The notes: generated from the sequence alone by a model not told the origin. Counted from the first letter of the stretch, positions 12,486 through 26,331 are shown. The stretch: 61,064 nt of DNA from Octopus sinensis (GCF_006345805.1 NW_021832575.1:1-61064); one strand, 5' to 3'. Numbers and translations are program-made.

Positions 12486-13710
12486 CTCTCGTCATTTCTC
12501 TCAATTTCTTCTTGCGTCTCTTCCACGTATTATTTTATCGTCTGCTTCAGTTTCTCAACTGTAGCCAAACAAATGTGACGAGCGTCGTGACCAAATCTAC
12601 AAATAGAAGAGAAAGAAAGATAGGGAGAGAAAGAGAGAGGGAGAGGGAGAGAGAGAGAGAGAAGATAATAAAAAAAAACAAAGATAAATATTTCTAACAG
12701 AAAACTAAACAAAACAAAATAAAATGAAGTGAATAAATATCATAGTAAAAAGTCATAACCAAAAAACGAAATAAAAAAGAAAATGGATAAAAAACCATGA
12801 CCTAAGCGGTGCTTTCAATAAGCTGAATGTTCGTGAATGTAATTTAATCTACCTCGTGGCTTTTCTTGTTTTTCTCTCCTTCACGGCCACTTAACAATAC
12901 TGCTACTGACTTTCACGCCTCCTTTTGTAGAGAGTTACTTATGCTCAATACAACACGAACTGAGGATGTCTTCAAGTGATAAATTTATTTCACTGGGAAA
13001 AACACAGTGGGAAAGAAACTGCGGGCATTTTTCCTATAAAGATTTAATTACTTTATCCCTGTTGTCGATGTTTTGTGAAAACAAGTTCGATTCCACTGTA
13101 CAACATAAATTTCCATCAATTTTATTTTTTCCCCTCTAAAGTAAAGCATTTTTACTTTTTTTCTTTACCGTGTTGTTTGTCAGATGAAATGATGTTTCAG
13201 TTTATGTCGGAACAAGGGAAAATTAAAACAAAGGGGAAACAATTTTAAGTAATGGAACAGAAAACACCCTATCCCCGATAGATAATTTTTTAATCTACTG
13301 ACAGGCCGGGTAGTCAACAGATAGAAAGTGGATAGGAATAACATAATGTAAACCAGTGAATTTTAGAATTAAAAACATCCTCAGAGATTCAAATGGTATC
13401 AAAAGAAGTTGGATAAATAAAGGTTATGGTAATGTGAAACCGATGATGGGTAACCAATAATTGGTTAAGCAGCAATGGGTTAGCAATTGAGAAATCAACC
13501 GAATGGTAAATTGGATGACACAATGTGTCGGTTATAGTAACAAATTGAAAGGAAATATCAAGCACTGCAAAGCGACAATTAATCACCAAGCGAACCGATT
13601 TCAATTGCTGCAACTTTTCTTTGGATAAAACCACCACTGGGAAAGATTATCACTCAATCTCCTTTCATCTACGGTAAATGTGTGAGCTTAAAGCCGATGT
13701 AAGAAATAAC

Positions 13711-13924
13711 GGTTTCATATTTTGGCACAAGGCCAGCAATTTCAGGAGAGAAGGTACGGCGTTTATACCGACCCCAGTGCTCAGCTGATCCCTATTTTAT
13801 CGACCCCGAAAGAATGAACGGTAAAGTCGACCTCGGCGGAATTTGAACTCAAAACGTGCAGACGGACAAAATGCCGCTAAGCATTTTGCCCGGTGTGGTT
13901 ACAATTCTGCCAGCTTGCCGCCTC
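13711..13924 (-). mobile_element. SINE family B, full length
   Basis: Colinear with other B copies. Confidence 0.9.
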
Positions 13925-14480
13925 AATTTGACCATACTTTGTGATCATAAATCCATAAATTCATCCAAAGTTATATTTTGACCCTCAATAAAACCAAAAC
14001 ATTATTCACAAACTAAGGAAAGGGGTTAATTTTCTAGGCCATATTTATATCGAAACTGTACTCGTTTCCATTTCTAGTTGTCGTGAAAAACCCCTTCTGT
14101 TTTTGTTTCAAGTCGAAACTAACCGTCCTCCCCCTCGCCTTGCTCTTCCTCTCGCTTTACTTTGAGCTGGTTTCACTGACATCATTCGTATCGGTGCCAC
14201 AGATACTTTCATGAATAAATATAGAGGAAATCATTCCGATCATTACAATTTGGTCGTTGACACAGTTAAAAGGTCAGGGATCATCAGAACCTGTCCTAAT
14301 AGTTAAATAGTTATATAGTTATATAGTACATGACATTTGAACGTTAAAAATCTGTTGTTTCTGAAATGAAAGAAAAAAAAGAAGAAAAAAACTTCTGTCT
14401 AAACTGAAACACTCCCAGACCAATAAATAATCAAACTTTAACCAAGAACAGTTTCAGAGACCACCAAGCAAGTAGTAAAT

Positions 14481-14683
14481 TGGTTTCAAATTTTGGCACA
14501 AGGTCAGCAATTTGGGGGGCGTTGGGAGCGTGGGGGGTACTAGTCGATTACGTCGACCCCAGTGCACAATTGACGCTTATTTTATACTTTTCTACTCTAG
14601 GCAGAAGGCCCGAAATTTGGGAGAGGGGGGCCAGTCGATTAGAGCGACCCCAGTATGCAACTGGTATTTAATTTATCGACCCC
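14481..14683 (-). mobile_element. Two adjacent SINE B 3'-tail fragments
   Basis: 14481-14583 and 14588-14683 both contain ggca(c/g)aagg...agtcgatta...cgaccccagt. Confidence 0.8.
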
Positions 14684-15370
14684 GTCGTGGTGGTTGTAGT
14701 GGTGGTGGTGGTGGTGGTGGTATATGATGATCAACGACGACAAAGCCATACATACTGTGTCTGAAGAATAAGGGAACCAAACAGAGCTCTGAAAAGAATA
14801 GGATTTAACTAAAATTATAGTTGTGAAATTCCAAAACTGTTCATTGCATCAAAGCAAATTTCAAGGTTTCGGTGGTTTCTATGTATGTGCCGCCGTTGTC
14901 ATTTTGTAAAAATACATATTTAATATCAGTGTATGATGACGTGACATCGCTAGAAGCAGAACGATGTCTTGTCATTTGTAGCCAAAAACACTCAGATCCC
15001 ATTGACCATTCTCTTCCATGTTTCCATGTCTTCTATTATCTCTGATAGCAAACAGGGAAGCAAGGAGAAACAAGCAAAGTTTGTGTCTTCCAGTCAACTG
15101 TAGCACATATGTTCGACTAGGTCTGCTTCTCCTTCATTTACCATACACTGGTTCCCATATTCGACCAGGTCTGCTTCTCCTTCTTTTACAATACACTGGT
15201 TCCCATAATAATAGCTGACGTACAACTCCATCTTCTCTACATCAATAATGTCCCACAAACAACATTTGATGGTTTCTCTTAATAATGCTACACGCCCATA
15301 TAAAACATTCTTATGTAAATGTTTCTCCCAAGAAATGTTCTTCCTTTTCCTTAACATCTTGATATACATT

Positions 15371-15580
15371 TTTACGGAGATGTACTTGCATAGCAAGTGA
15401 CTTGATCTGAGATCATGTGCTAGAACGAAAACAATTGCAGCGTGGAAGGTGTTTATAAGCCATCTAAGAAACACACAAAAACCGTTAGATTCACTTCAAC
15501 ATTTAAATTTAATTTGTCAAAATATTTTCGTCGCTTTGAGACCGCGACCTGTTCACTGACAAAACTCCGTGCTGCATCTC
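15371..15580 (-). mobile_element. 210-bp insertion (Penelope-like pseudo-LTR-type fragment) carrying a hammerhead-like motif
   Basis: 8-bp TSD tatacatt at 15363-15370 and 15581-15588; interrupts the RTE fragment. The Penelope assignment is inferred from the ribozyme-like motif only. Confidence 0.65.
15513..15563 (-). ncRNA. Candidate minimal type-I hammerhead ribozyme, G3:C8 core variant
   Basis: uuuguca-GUGAACA-g-gucgc(ggucucaaa)gcgac-GAAA-auau-UU-ugacaaa: 7-bp stem I, 5-bp stem II, palindromic stem III. Confidence 0.55.
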
Positions 15581-15610
15581 TATACATTGTTTTCTATTAC
15601 TTTCATAACT

Positions 15611-15925
15611 TCATAGGTGAAGGCGCGTGGCTTAGTGGCTAGGGGTGTTCGACTTACGATTGTAAGGTTATGAGCGCCATTCCCTGCGGCGCGTTGTGTC
15701 CTTGGGCAAGACACTTTATTTCACGTTGCCCCAGTCCACTCAGCTGGTAAAAATGAGTCACACCTGTAATTCAAAGGGTCATTTGTGGTGTGTCACACTG
15801 AATCTCTCTGAGGGTTACCGTTAAGGGCACACGTGTCTGTAGTAGAGTGCTCAGGCCACTTGCTCGTACATTTCACGAGCATGCTATTCTGTTGATCGGA
15901 TCAACTGGAACCCTCATAATCATAG
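15611..15925 (+). mobile_element. tRNA-derived SINE, family A2
   Basis: Head gtgaaggcgcgtggcttagtgg from 15617; TSD ctttcataact at 15600-15610 and 15926-15936; colinear with 56109-56431. Confidence 0.9.
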
Positions 15926-16399
15926 CTTTCATAACTACCCACCATTCACATCCATATATCGGTGGTTCCTATAGCAACTCTAAGGCCTGTATTTTGAGGT
16001 CATTAGATATATTTGAATCCCACATTGAGAACATCTTGTTCATTACTGACAAATCATATCAGTTCAATTTCTGTTCATTGTTTCTTTTTAAGTTTTCTAC
16101 TCATTATCCTAACCATCTGAAGTCATTTGCTCATTTCAAGGTTTCATCATTTGCAGAGCTCTATAAATATAGTTAATTCATTCACAAACCACTTAGTAAG
16201 AGTCCCGCTTTATCAGACTTTCTATTAGTGTTCCATTCGTCATCCGACGTTTTCTTAATCTTTGCTTTCAGTAGAAAACTTTCAAATTACGCGTTATCTT
16301 TTCAAGGAATGTGTTTACACAAGCAACAATTCTGTTTTATCTTTTACTGAATATATAATGTTACTTATTAGCGATTAAGTCTTTCCAACCAGCTATCAG

Positions 16400-16570
16400 C
16401 CACGTGTCCTTCTTGTGTCCAGAGGTCGGCTTGCCAACTCTCTGTATTGCCCGCTATATAATCAGCCAGGCTTCTGTTTCCGTTTACAACGGCCTCTTGC
16501 TCTCTTTCCCTCCGCATTTCTTGTTAGAATGGTCTTGGGAAGTGACTCATAGCGCATTGTATGTCAAAAA
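16400..16570 (-). mobile_element. Decayed RTE (BovB-like) C-terminal fragment
   Basis: F*HTMRYESLPKTILTRNAEGKRARGR, resembling the FGH.MR..SL.K.I..G.VEGKR.RGR motif. Confidence 0.65.
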
Positions 16571-16862
16571 TGTGAGCTAAGTAACATCTTTGGTCTTTCA
16601 GCTTTTCCAGAACTACAAGATTTGTTACGCCCTTTCCAATTTGTTCTGTCCAATCTACATTGTTTGTGTGTTCTTGTCTTTGTTCTTATTTGTTTTCATA
16701 ACTTGGAACAGAAAGGGTTTCGTGGTGTGCGATAGAAATGATGTGAGCAGTATTCTGAAGGAGAGGAAAATGTAGACCATCGACTGGAAAAAACAAAGGA
16801 GAGTGTATCACCACGCTACCAGTTAGACATTTAAAGATGTGGAGTATATATGTATGTATATA

Positions 16863-16961
<99 letters not shown>

Positions 16962-17086
16962 AAATAAATAAATATATATATGTACACATATATGCGTGTA
17001 TATGTACATGTAGAGGTAGGTACGTACATATATGTTTATATATATGCATATGTTCTATTTTATTAACATATATATATATATATATA

Positions 17087-17197
17087 GTGAGAATTTACAA
17101 AAAAGAACAAAAGACGAAGACGGATGTGTAAACAACTAACAGATGTATTAGTTTAACGATCGGGAAGTGAGAAAGTCTTTTACGTTTCGAGCCTACG
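17087..17197 (-). mobile_element. Penelope-like pseudo-LTR fragment (truncated within the hammerhead motif)
   Basis: Matches 23822-23933; retains gctc-GAAA-cg-TA-aaag on the minus strand. Confidence 0.65.
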
Positions 17198-17477
17198 TGT
17201 GTGTGTGTGTTGTGTGTGTGTTAAATAAACACGCGTATCTTGGCCAATTTTAGACCACGTGGACCAGTTATGACCACAGCCGATTTTTACCAGACGAGGC
17301 AAAGGCAGACAGGGAGAGACAAACAGACAGAATAAATGAATACAAGAAACAAAGTACAGGACTTGCACTGTATCAACACGACCCTAAAAGGAAGAAGCAT
17401 AACGGGCAAAGTTGTTCTTGGCAATATATTCGACATCCTAATAAACCCGTGTTTCTATGTATATGTGCGTATACACA

Positions 17478-17539
<62 letters not shown>

Positions 17540-17629
17540 TATATATGTGATGTCTGATGTATTTAAAGTAGGACATATTTAAAGAAGTGGAGTATGTTTT
17601 CTTAATGTAGTGGATATACATAAACAAGT

Positions 17630-17705
<76 letters not shown>

Positions 17706-18057
17706 TGTGTGTCTGTGTGTGTGTGTGTGTCTGTGTCTGTGTGTGAGTGTGTGAAGAAGTCCTTTGAACAGCTTTTTTAAACCAAAGCAACTCGTGAAGG
17801 TCTGATAAGATGAATGCCATATTATCAGCGAAATCAATGAAGCATGATAATTGTGGTGATGGGTTCCAGTCATGGATAGAGCGTCTGATTATCAGATTAT
17901 AGTTGGCCCTTTGCAAATACGGTTCAGTAGAAAACGGGGTTAATATGGTGATGAGCGAAATAAGGGTTCGTATTAAATAAACAAGAGATTAAAATCGATT
18001 ATCTTGAGTTTGTTTCGTGAATACGCCGATACGTTAGGAAATGCAGACATCCATATA

Positions 18058-18850
<793 letters not shown>

Positions 18851-18907
18851 CCTGTATGTATATATATATATCCTTAAATCCTTTAAAATGTTTTAGCCCA
18901 TTTCGAA

Positions 18908-19161
18908 GCAGTGATTAGTGTATTTGGATCACGATTCAAAGGCATGGTCATGAGTTCAATTCATGGCAGTAACACTATATTCAGCTGGCAATGATGAATA
19001 GTACCTGTAATTCAAAGGGCCAGCCCTGTCACATTCTATGAACTACGTTAATGGTACGCGCGTATGTGGAGTGCTCAGCCACTTACATGTTAATTTCACG
19101 AGCAGGATGTTCCGTTGATCGGATCAACTAGAACGCTCATCGTCGCAACCGACGGATTGCC
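18908..19161 (+). mobile_element. SINE family A2, diverged and deleted
   Basis: gtacctgtaattcaaagggccagcc...ttcacgagcagg...cgtcgcaaccgacgga tail. Confidence 0.8.
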
Positions 19162-19235
19162 AGTTTTTGTTTTTGACTTCTTTTTTTTTGTAGTGTAATT
19201 CAAACCAAATCAACCTCTGATGAAAAGCAATTCTG

Positions 19236-19294
19236 TTAGATAGATAGATAGATTGACAGACAGACAGACAGACAGATAGATCGATCGATCGATC

Positions 19295-19374
<80 letters not shown>
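19236..19374. repeat. (GATA)n/(GACA)n microsatellite
   Basis: Direct reading. Confidence 0.95.
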
Positions 19375-19375
<1 letters not shown>

Positions 19376-19379
19376 AATA

Positions 19380-19670
19380 CGAAATGGGACAAGAACGCAA
19401 AACATCCGGACAGCTAGGTGATGCAAAAAGGACAACAAAACATCCAAACAGACGATACAAAGAAAACAAAGACGGATCATTCGAAGTTTTCTTTCCTCAG
19501 TCAAGTACCAGATTATCCTCACAATTTCGGCTGAATATTCTTGAGATTGCCCCAATCTGGCCAGCCCCAAGGAAAAATTAAGCTAAGAGCATTAGATTCC
19601 TTGGAAGAAAGCAGTGAATGTATACAAAAACAAGGACGGGAAAAAAAGGACAAAGTTACACAAATATAAA
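19380..19670 (-). mobile_element. Dispersed repeat, possibly another Penelope-like terminal fragment (related copy 27256-27370 +)
   Basis: Reverse complement cagccgaaattgtgaggataatctggtacttgactgagga...cttcgaatg matches 27256-27312. Confidence 0.5.
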
Positions 19671-19941
19671 TACAATAAAAATCAGGAACATGTGTTAAAT
19701 AGGGAGACCAAGAAGTCGATAAAGTCGGGTGCTCCCTTACCCCAAAACTGAAAGCCTGTACCCGCGTAAGAAACCGTTATTGTCACCATTAATTATTTTG
19801 GGTGACTGAGAAGGTTTCCACTGACAGACAGAAATTAACGTTGACCCAAGAGCTCTAAATATTAATCCTACGACGCAGCCTCACATAAGCATACATACAA
19901 TCTGTCTCTCTCTCTCCCTCTCTCTCCCTCTCTCTCTCTCG

Positions 19942-20005
<64 letters not shown>

Positions 20006-20028
20006 TATATATATATATATATATACAC

Positions 20029-20059
<31 letters not shown>

Positions 20060-20113
20060 TATATACATATATGTATATACATATATATATACATATATAC
20101 ATATACATACATA

Positions 20114-20181
<68 letters not shown>

Positions 20182-20809
20182 AGAGAGAGAGAGAGAGACA
20201 TACACCTACACGCAAATATATACAATATATACATATACACGTACAAGCATTTATATACGCACATACATATATATACAATGTATATGTGTATATATATGTG
20301 TGTGTCTATGTATGTATGTACGTATGTACACACACTCACATCGTAGGGCTATAATGGCGGTGTAACTTTCTTAAGTTCACCATGTTTCTAAGGAATTCTA
20401 GATTTTCAATTAAGGATTTTCCAAACTGCTTTCGGTTTTAAGGTAATAAATGACGACGGCGGTGGCGGGTGTGGTGATGGTGGTGGTTTTGGAACTGGTG
20501 GTGGTGGTGGTGGTGGTGGTAAGTAGGAGAAGAGTGGGGAATTCGTAATCTGAAACAGTAAATTGCTTCTGGAAAAAAAACTACAGAATAACATATTCTA
20601 TTAGTTTTGTTTTTTTTTTTCTTCTCCTTCGCGTCTCCGTAACTTCTCTCTCTCTCTCTCCCTCATTTTCTCTCTCCCTCATTTTCTCTCTCCCGCCTCT
20701 TCTTTATTGTTACCGTCTTCCTCTTATTTATTTCTTTTCGTCTTTCGCCAACCTCGCCTCATTCTATTTCTCAGTAATGTATTTGGATAGCTAAGATCTT
20801 GGATGGGAG

Positions 20810-21381
20810 AATGAATGTGAGAGAGGGGACAGAGAGAGAGAAAGAGAAAAGAGAGAGGAAGGACGGATAGAGAAAGAGAGACGCAGAGAGAGAGAGAGAG
20901 GAAGAATGGAGAGAGAGACAGACAGGGGGGGGGTGAATGTGGCGACGAGTGATAAACTGAGAGAAAAGAAATGAAGGGGCAATGAGAAGGTGGGGGGAAT
21001 TGTGAGAATGGAAATATGTAGGAGTGAGAAATATAAATTGAGAGAAAAACTACCGGATGAGAGAATGTAAGACATACAGACAGACATGGGAGAATTACTA
21101 TCAAAGTGAGACGGAGAACCAAAGAGAGAGAGATAAAGAAGCTGATAAAGTGAGACACGTAGATAGAGTGGGACGGACAGACTGAATGGAAAGCAATGAA
21201 GCGAGACAAATAAAGTGAGACACACAAGCAGAGTGAGATAGAGAGAAAGGCAGAGCAAGTGAGACATAGACAAGGAGAGATATATATGGAGAGGGACCCG
21301 CAAACAGGCAATGTGAGACACATAGAGACTGAGTGAGAGACAGGCGAAGTGAGATGTAAACATAATGCGAAAGAGAGAGAA

Positions 21382-21428
<47 letters not shown>

Positions 21429-21830
21429 TGCGGAAAGACACTTAGACAAAGGGTGAATGACAAGTAGTGACAGATGGAACGAAGCACAGACGGTAAAATA
21501 TGAAGGATGAGAGAGGGAGATAGAGATACAGAGAGAGAGAGAGAGAAAGAGAGACGGGATAAACAGAGAGGCATAGCGGGACTGAGTGAGCCATACAAAC
21601 AGCTGAAACGAGACACCAATTGAGTGAGACGCAGAGACAGATGGAGTGAGACACCGATGGAGTGAGAAACAAGCAGAATGAGTGAGTCACAAGAAAAGTT
21701 GGAGTGAGACACACAGGCAGATTGAGTGAGTGAGATATGGGAGACAGGAACAGACGAAGTGACACTCAAAGTCCCACTTACAGAGTGAGACGCAGAGGTA
21801 GTGTTAGACACAGGGGCAAAGTGAGACAGC
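20810..21830. repeat. ~1-kb purine-rich degenerate minisatellite with recurring gtgagac motif
   Basis: Recurring (a/g)agtgagac(a/g); source of the long L/S/C-rich minus-strand ORFs. Confidence 0.8.
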
Positions 21831-22019
21831 CTTAGAGATATCGTTTTAGCTTCATATAGCAGATATCAAAGCAATATACTGCACAAGACTCTACCACACT
21901 ACATTGTACAAACATATATAGGATCGACACGTCAAAGACACTTGTTTCATCTTGTTTATTGTTCCTTCACCTGTCTCTGTCTTCTGTCTTTTTTGGTTTT
22001 CTTTTTCCACTATTTTAAG

Positions 22020-22065
<46 letters not shown>

Positions 22066-22901
22066 CACATGTTTAGATATTTCAATACATTCAAACGAAG
22101 ACCTTATCCCACACGTTTCCCACCATCCACGTATTTAAGTTCCATTAAAAACTGTTGCCGAGAGCCACTTGCATCAACACAGAACGAAGCACAATCTTAA
22201 GTGATGCATATCTTAAAGAGGTGAGGGAAGCGATTTCGAAGTGAAGCAGGTAATAATAAAATTACAGCAAAGCTTTGATATTTTTTCTTTTTAGTTTCTA
22301 AATTATTCACCGAAGCGGAAATATAATTCTTTAGTTTTTTGCTTGGTTTAAACCGCGCTGGTTCCTTTGCCATGTAAAGCCGTTATGGTGTCCGCCAAGT
22401 AAAACATGGTTGTTTTTGTAACCAGTTATAAGTTACCCTGGAAACGATAATTAACGAATGGATTTGACAAGTTTTTTTTTGTAAAATCCCCAGAGGCTAG
22501 TTTTGTTGTAACTTTACGTTCTTAAGAAATCACAGATATAGCAGAATATCTTTATAACTGAGCAGAATAGTATCCGGTTTCAAGACGTTTTACACCTGTC
22601 TCATTTCGTTCCTGGTTTTGAAGTCCATTGTTTATTGTGTAAATGTAAATAAGTATACGTGTGTGTGTGTGTATGTGTGTGTGTGTGTGTGCGTGTGTGT
22701 GAGTGTGTGTGGTTTAAAATTGTGGAAAAAGAAAAGCCAAAAAGACAAATGACAGAGACAGGTGAAGGAACAACAAGCAAGGTGTTTTAGCTTGACTCTC
22801 ATGAAAAATGCAAATGTCTTTCTTTGACGCGTTGATCCTAGATATTTTTTTGTACAATATAGTGTGGTAGAGTCTAGTGCAGTATATTGCTTTGATATCT
22901 G

Positions 22902-23005
<104 letters not shown>

Positions 23006-23816
23006 GTGTACGTGTAACTGTACATGTAAGTGAATTCGTTTACACGTAATTGTTAGTTTGGACAACAGAGGTCTGGAGGCATAAGAGATAAAAATCTGGG
23101 TGAATAAGATTTGTATTTAAGAATTGCAATGTAGCCATTAATAAGAATGGAAGAAAATTCCTAATAAGTAAAGAAAAACATAATAAATATGAGAATTCTG
23201 TGCATATTTTTCTTCGCAATTCTAATTTTTGATCCCGCTTCATATTATGAAGAAACGATTAACTCCCTTGTAAAAGCCATCACAAGGGAAACTACATGTA
23301 TTTGGAAAAATTCCAATGTAAGAGATTGAATTTTTTTTATGGTTGGTTAGCGTTTGGGCTGACACATTTTGCATTTAATGATCATTAGGGTCATGGAATG
23401 GTGAGTGAAGTAGTTTATCTTGTGAGCGGGTGCGTAGTGTGAGAGAGATATTATGTTGAACTGAAATATTAAAGTTTGTGAGATAGGGGTCACGTGCTTG
23501 AAGGGAGGAGTAGGTGTGGCGGTTGTGGCTTTCATACAACATGAATTTAGTTAAGACTAAAATGGCGACCACATATACACAGAAAATCACGAATATAGCA
23601 ACTCAGAAAGACACACATGGTGGTCGTTGTCGTGGTATGGTGGTGGTGGTGGTGGTGTGGTGGTGGTGGTGGTGATGGTGCTGCTGCTACTGCTGAAGGC
23701 GGTGGCAGCGGTTGGGGGTGATTCTGGTTTGCATCGGCGAAAATTATGCAATGAAATTTAGAAGTTCGGTTAAGGTTGTATCTCGTAGTGGAGAAGAGGA
23801 ATATATATATATATAT

Positions 23817-24000
23817 AGTGGGGGGAGAATTCACAAAAAAAACAAAAGACGAAGACAGGTGGTGTAGACAACAGACAGATGTATTAGTTTAACGCTCGGG
23901 AGGTGAAAAAGTCTTTAACGTTTCGAGCCTACGCTCTTCCACAGAAAGGAACACAGAAAGAAACAAGGAGAGAAAATAAAGAATGTGTAGTGGCTAGCGA
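23817..24000 (-). mobile_element. Penelope-like pseudo-LTR fragment with hammerhead-like motif at 23913-23948
   Basis: Minus strand cttt-CTGTGGA-a-gagc(gtag)gctc-GAAA-cg-TT-aaag; homologous to 17087-17197 and 27139-27256. Confidence 0.7.
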
Positions 24001-24295
24001 ATGCCGGACAGAGGGGTCACACAGGAGAGCTAGGAAGAAGGGGAGATAATAAAGTAGTGGTGCGCGTGCGTGTATATAAGCGAGCATGTATATGGGTATG
24101 GAAGAGGGCTGGTGAAGATTAGCATCACGCTTGAAACTCGGAGTACCAACGAATTTGAGTCAAAATGTTTTGAGCCATACATGTAACTTCCTATAACTTT
24201 GTTGAGTAACCTTCTTTCGTTTGTCCACTCACTCGTGTATATATATATATATTTATATATATATATATATTCCTTTTCCCCCTAACGAGATATAT

Positions 24296-24421
24296 TACGG
24301 GTCGTCTTTCAATTTCTGTCTACCAAATCACTCACAAGGCTTTGGTCGGCTCTAGGTAATAGTAAGACTGAACCCAGAACCATGTGGTTAGGAAGCAAAC
24401 TTATTACCATACATCCACGCC
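24296..24421 (-). mobile_element. SINE family C, 5' half (deleted)
   Basis: ctaccaaatcactcacaaggctttggtcggc...gaaccatgtggttaggaagcaa. Confidence 0.8.
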
Positions 24422-24566
24422 TTCTGTAAATTATCTTTAAGGTTTTAAATTTTTAGTATCTGAGCCCTGGAACTCACAAGGCTAGTTACCCGGTTTCCAT
24501 GACATTTTTATATCACAAATTTTCCTCTTAAACAGGATACCAGTCCGTTACGAGGTTTAACGCCGG

Positions 24567-24780
24567 CGATTTTTACTGGAAGTGGGCGAGTCTATTTTTG
24601 CTGGAAGTGGGCAAGACGATTTTTACTGGAGGTGGGCAAGACGATTTTTGCTAGAAGTGGGCAAGACGATTATATCGACCTCAGTACTTGACATTGTACA
24701 TTATTCTATCGACCCTGAAGGCATGAAAGGCAAAATTAACCTCGGTAGGATTTGAACTCAGAAACTGAAGGGCCAGGAAA
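24567..24780 (-). mobile_element. SINE family B with a 25-bp x ~4.2 tandem expansion (24567-24671)
   Basis: Units cgatttttactggaagtgggcaaga start at 24567, 24592, 24617 and 24642 and run into cgattatatcgacc...atgaaaggcaaa. Confidence 0.8.
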
Positions 24781-24894
24781 AAGAGCACACACACACACAC
24801 AGCGTCACCACAATGAGGTCATATCAATTTGCTAATTAATCTGTAAATTAAATGTCAGCACTAATGAATTTGTGTCAACACACAACAGCTTGCA

Positions 24895-25435
24895 CAACAC
24901 TATAGCTTCACAGTGTGTTATCATGCTGTAACACGACAGTGTAACATACATTGTACCACCACAGGGCATCACCACAGTATGTTACCATATTGTACCATCA
25001 TAGTGTAACACGACGGTGTTACATACAATGCATGATGACGGTGTAACACGTCAGTGAAACACCTCAATGTATCGTCACTGCGTAACGCGTTACTATAACC
25101 ATCAGAGTGTGCACCATTACAATGTAACAAAACAATGTAACATGAGTGTATCAACAGTATATCATCATGATATATCAGAAACGGTGTAATACGACAATGT
25201 AATACGTAAAATATCTTCACAGTGTATTTTTACAGTGTATCATTACAGTGTAACACCACTGAGCATTATCACAGTGTAACTCGAAACTGTATCAATACAT
25301 TGTATCTTCACATCATATCAACATACTGTAACACTGAAGTGTATTATTTCAGTGTGGCACAACAGTGTATCATCACGGTGTATCAGGACAGTGTAACACT
25401 GTAGTATAGCACCAAGGAGTATTTACCATTGTATA
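24895..25435. repeat. Degenerate minisatellite built on cagtgtaaca / cagtgtatca
   Basis: Recurring gtgtaac, gtgtatc and atgtaac; resumes at ~25640-25700. Confidence 0.7.
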
Positions 25436-25926
25436 TAACGAGCAAAGAAAGGTGCTTCTATGTGGTAGCTCGATCTGTGAGAAATACGAACCAAATCACC
25501 CTCAGATTAGAACGTCTTCAAAACCCATGTAGCTATGGGTTCATAGTACCTTAAAAAATGGGACGGTCACGGCTAGAATGCCTTTGATTATAGATCTACT
25601 CAAACAGGAAGACACGACGCTACAAAACAAGCAATAACAACCACAGTGTATCGCCACGGTGTGACACAAGTGTAACGCCAATGTAACATTCTGTTGCATC
25701 ACAAAAACGAATAATTATAAAAACAACAACAAAACTAGGAACATAAACAATAAGGTTGTAGTCTTTAACAAACGTGGAACAATTAACGAAGACCCCCGCA
25801 AGTTGTTTTAGCGTTGCAATTCTGAGACGGAAAACGAAATGTGTAAATTCTTTATAAGTTAGTCAGTTTCATGTACAACACCGACATTGTAGTTTCTGGA
25901 GATGTTTCTGCTGTTGCTGTTGTTAT

Positions 25927-25972
<46 letters not shown>

Positions 25973-26279
25973 TACAAACATATATAATGTTATTGTTACG
26001 TGTGTGTGCGTGTGTAGGGTGTGTAGTGAGAGAACGACGGGGTGGTGTTCTGCTATAAATATACGTCTTAAGCAGATTTTTACAGATAAATCATAATCGC
26101 ATAGCAACAGACGGATACTGTTATATAACAACACCTCGGGGGTGTCTTCGTCACTATGGCGGGTGGATTGGATGGGGAGGAAAGGGGGTGGCGAAGTAGG
26201 AAAGATCTTTCGTATCTTTTTTTTGTTGTTTTTTTTAACACAGAATGAATGGATCGTCGTTGTCATTGTTGGTGTATTT

Positions 26280-26300
26280 GTTGTCGGTGGTGGCGGTAGT

Positions 26301-26331
<31 letters not shown>

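Larger units (their letters stand above)
14992..16155 (-). mobile_element. Old RTE-clade LINE fragment interrupted by two insertions
   Basis: Minus-strand motifs in order: NDFRWLG, WDSNIS...IYGCEWW, then after the insertions YIKMLRKRKNISWEKH...LYG, FVGHY, QLLLWEP...RP.RTYV and EDMETWKRMV; internal 48-bp tandem duplication at 15112-15207. Confidence 0.8.

Noticed and set aside
20724-21811. 216-241 aa Leu/Ser/Cys-rich minus-strand ORFs (also 52990-53860 +)
   Set aside because: Pyrimidine-rich low-complexity strand lacks stop codons; open in several frames.
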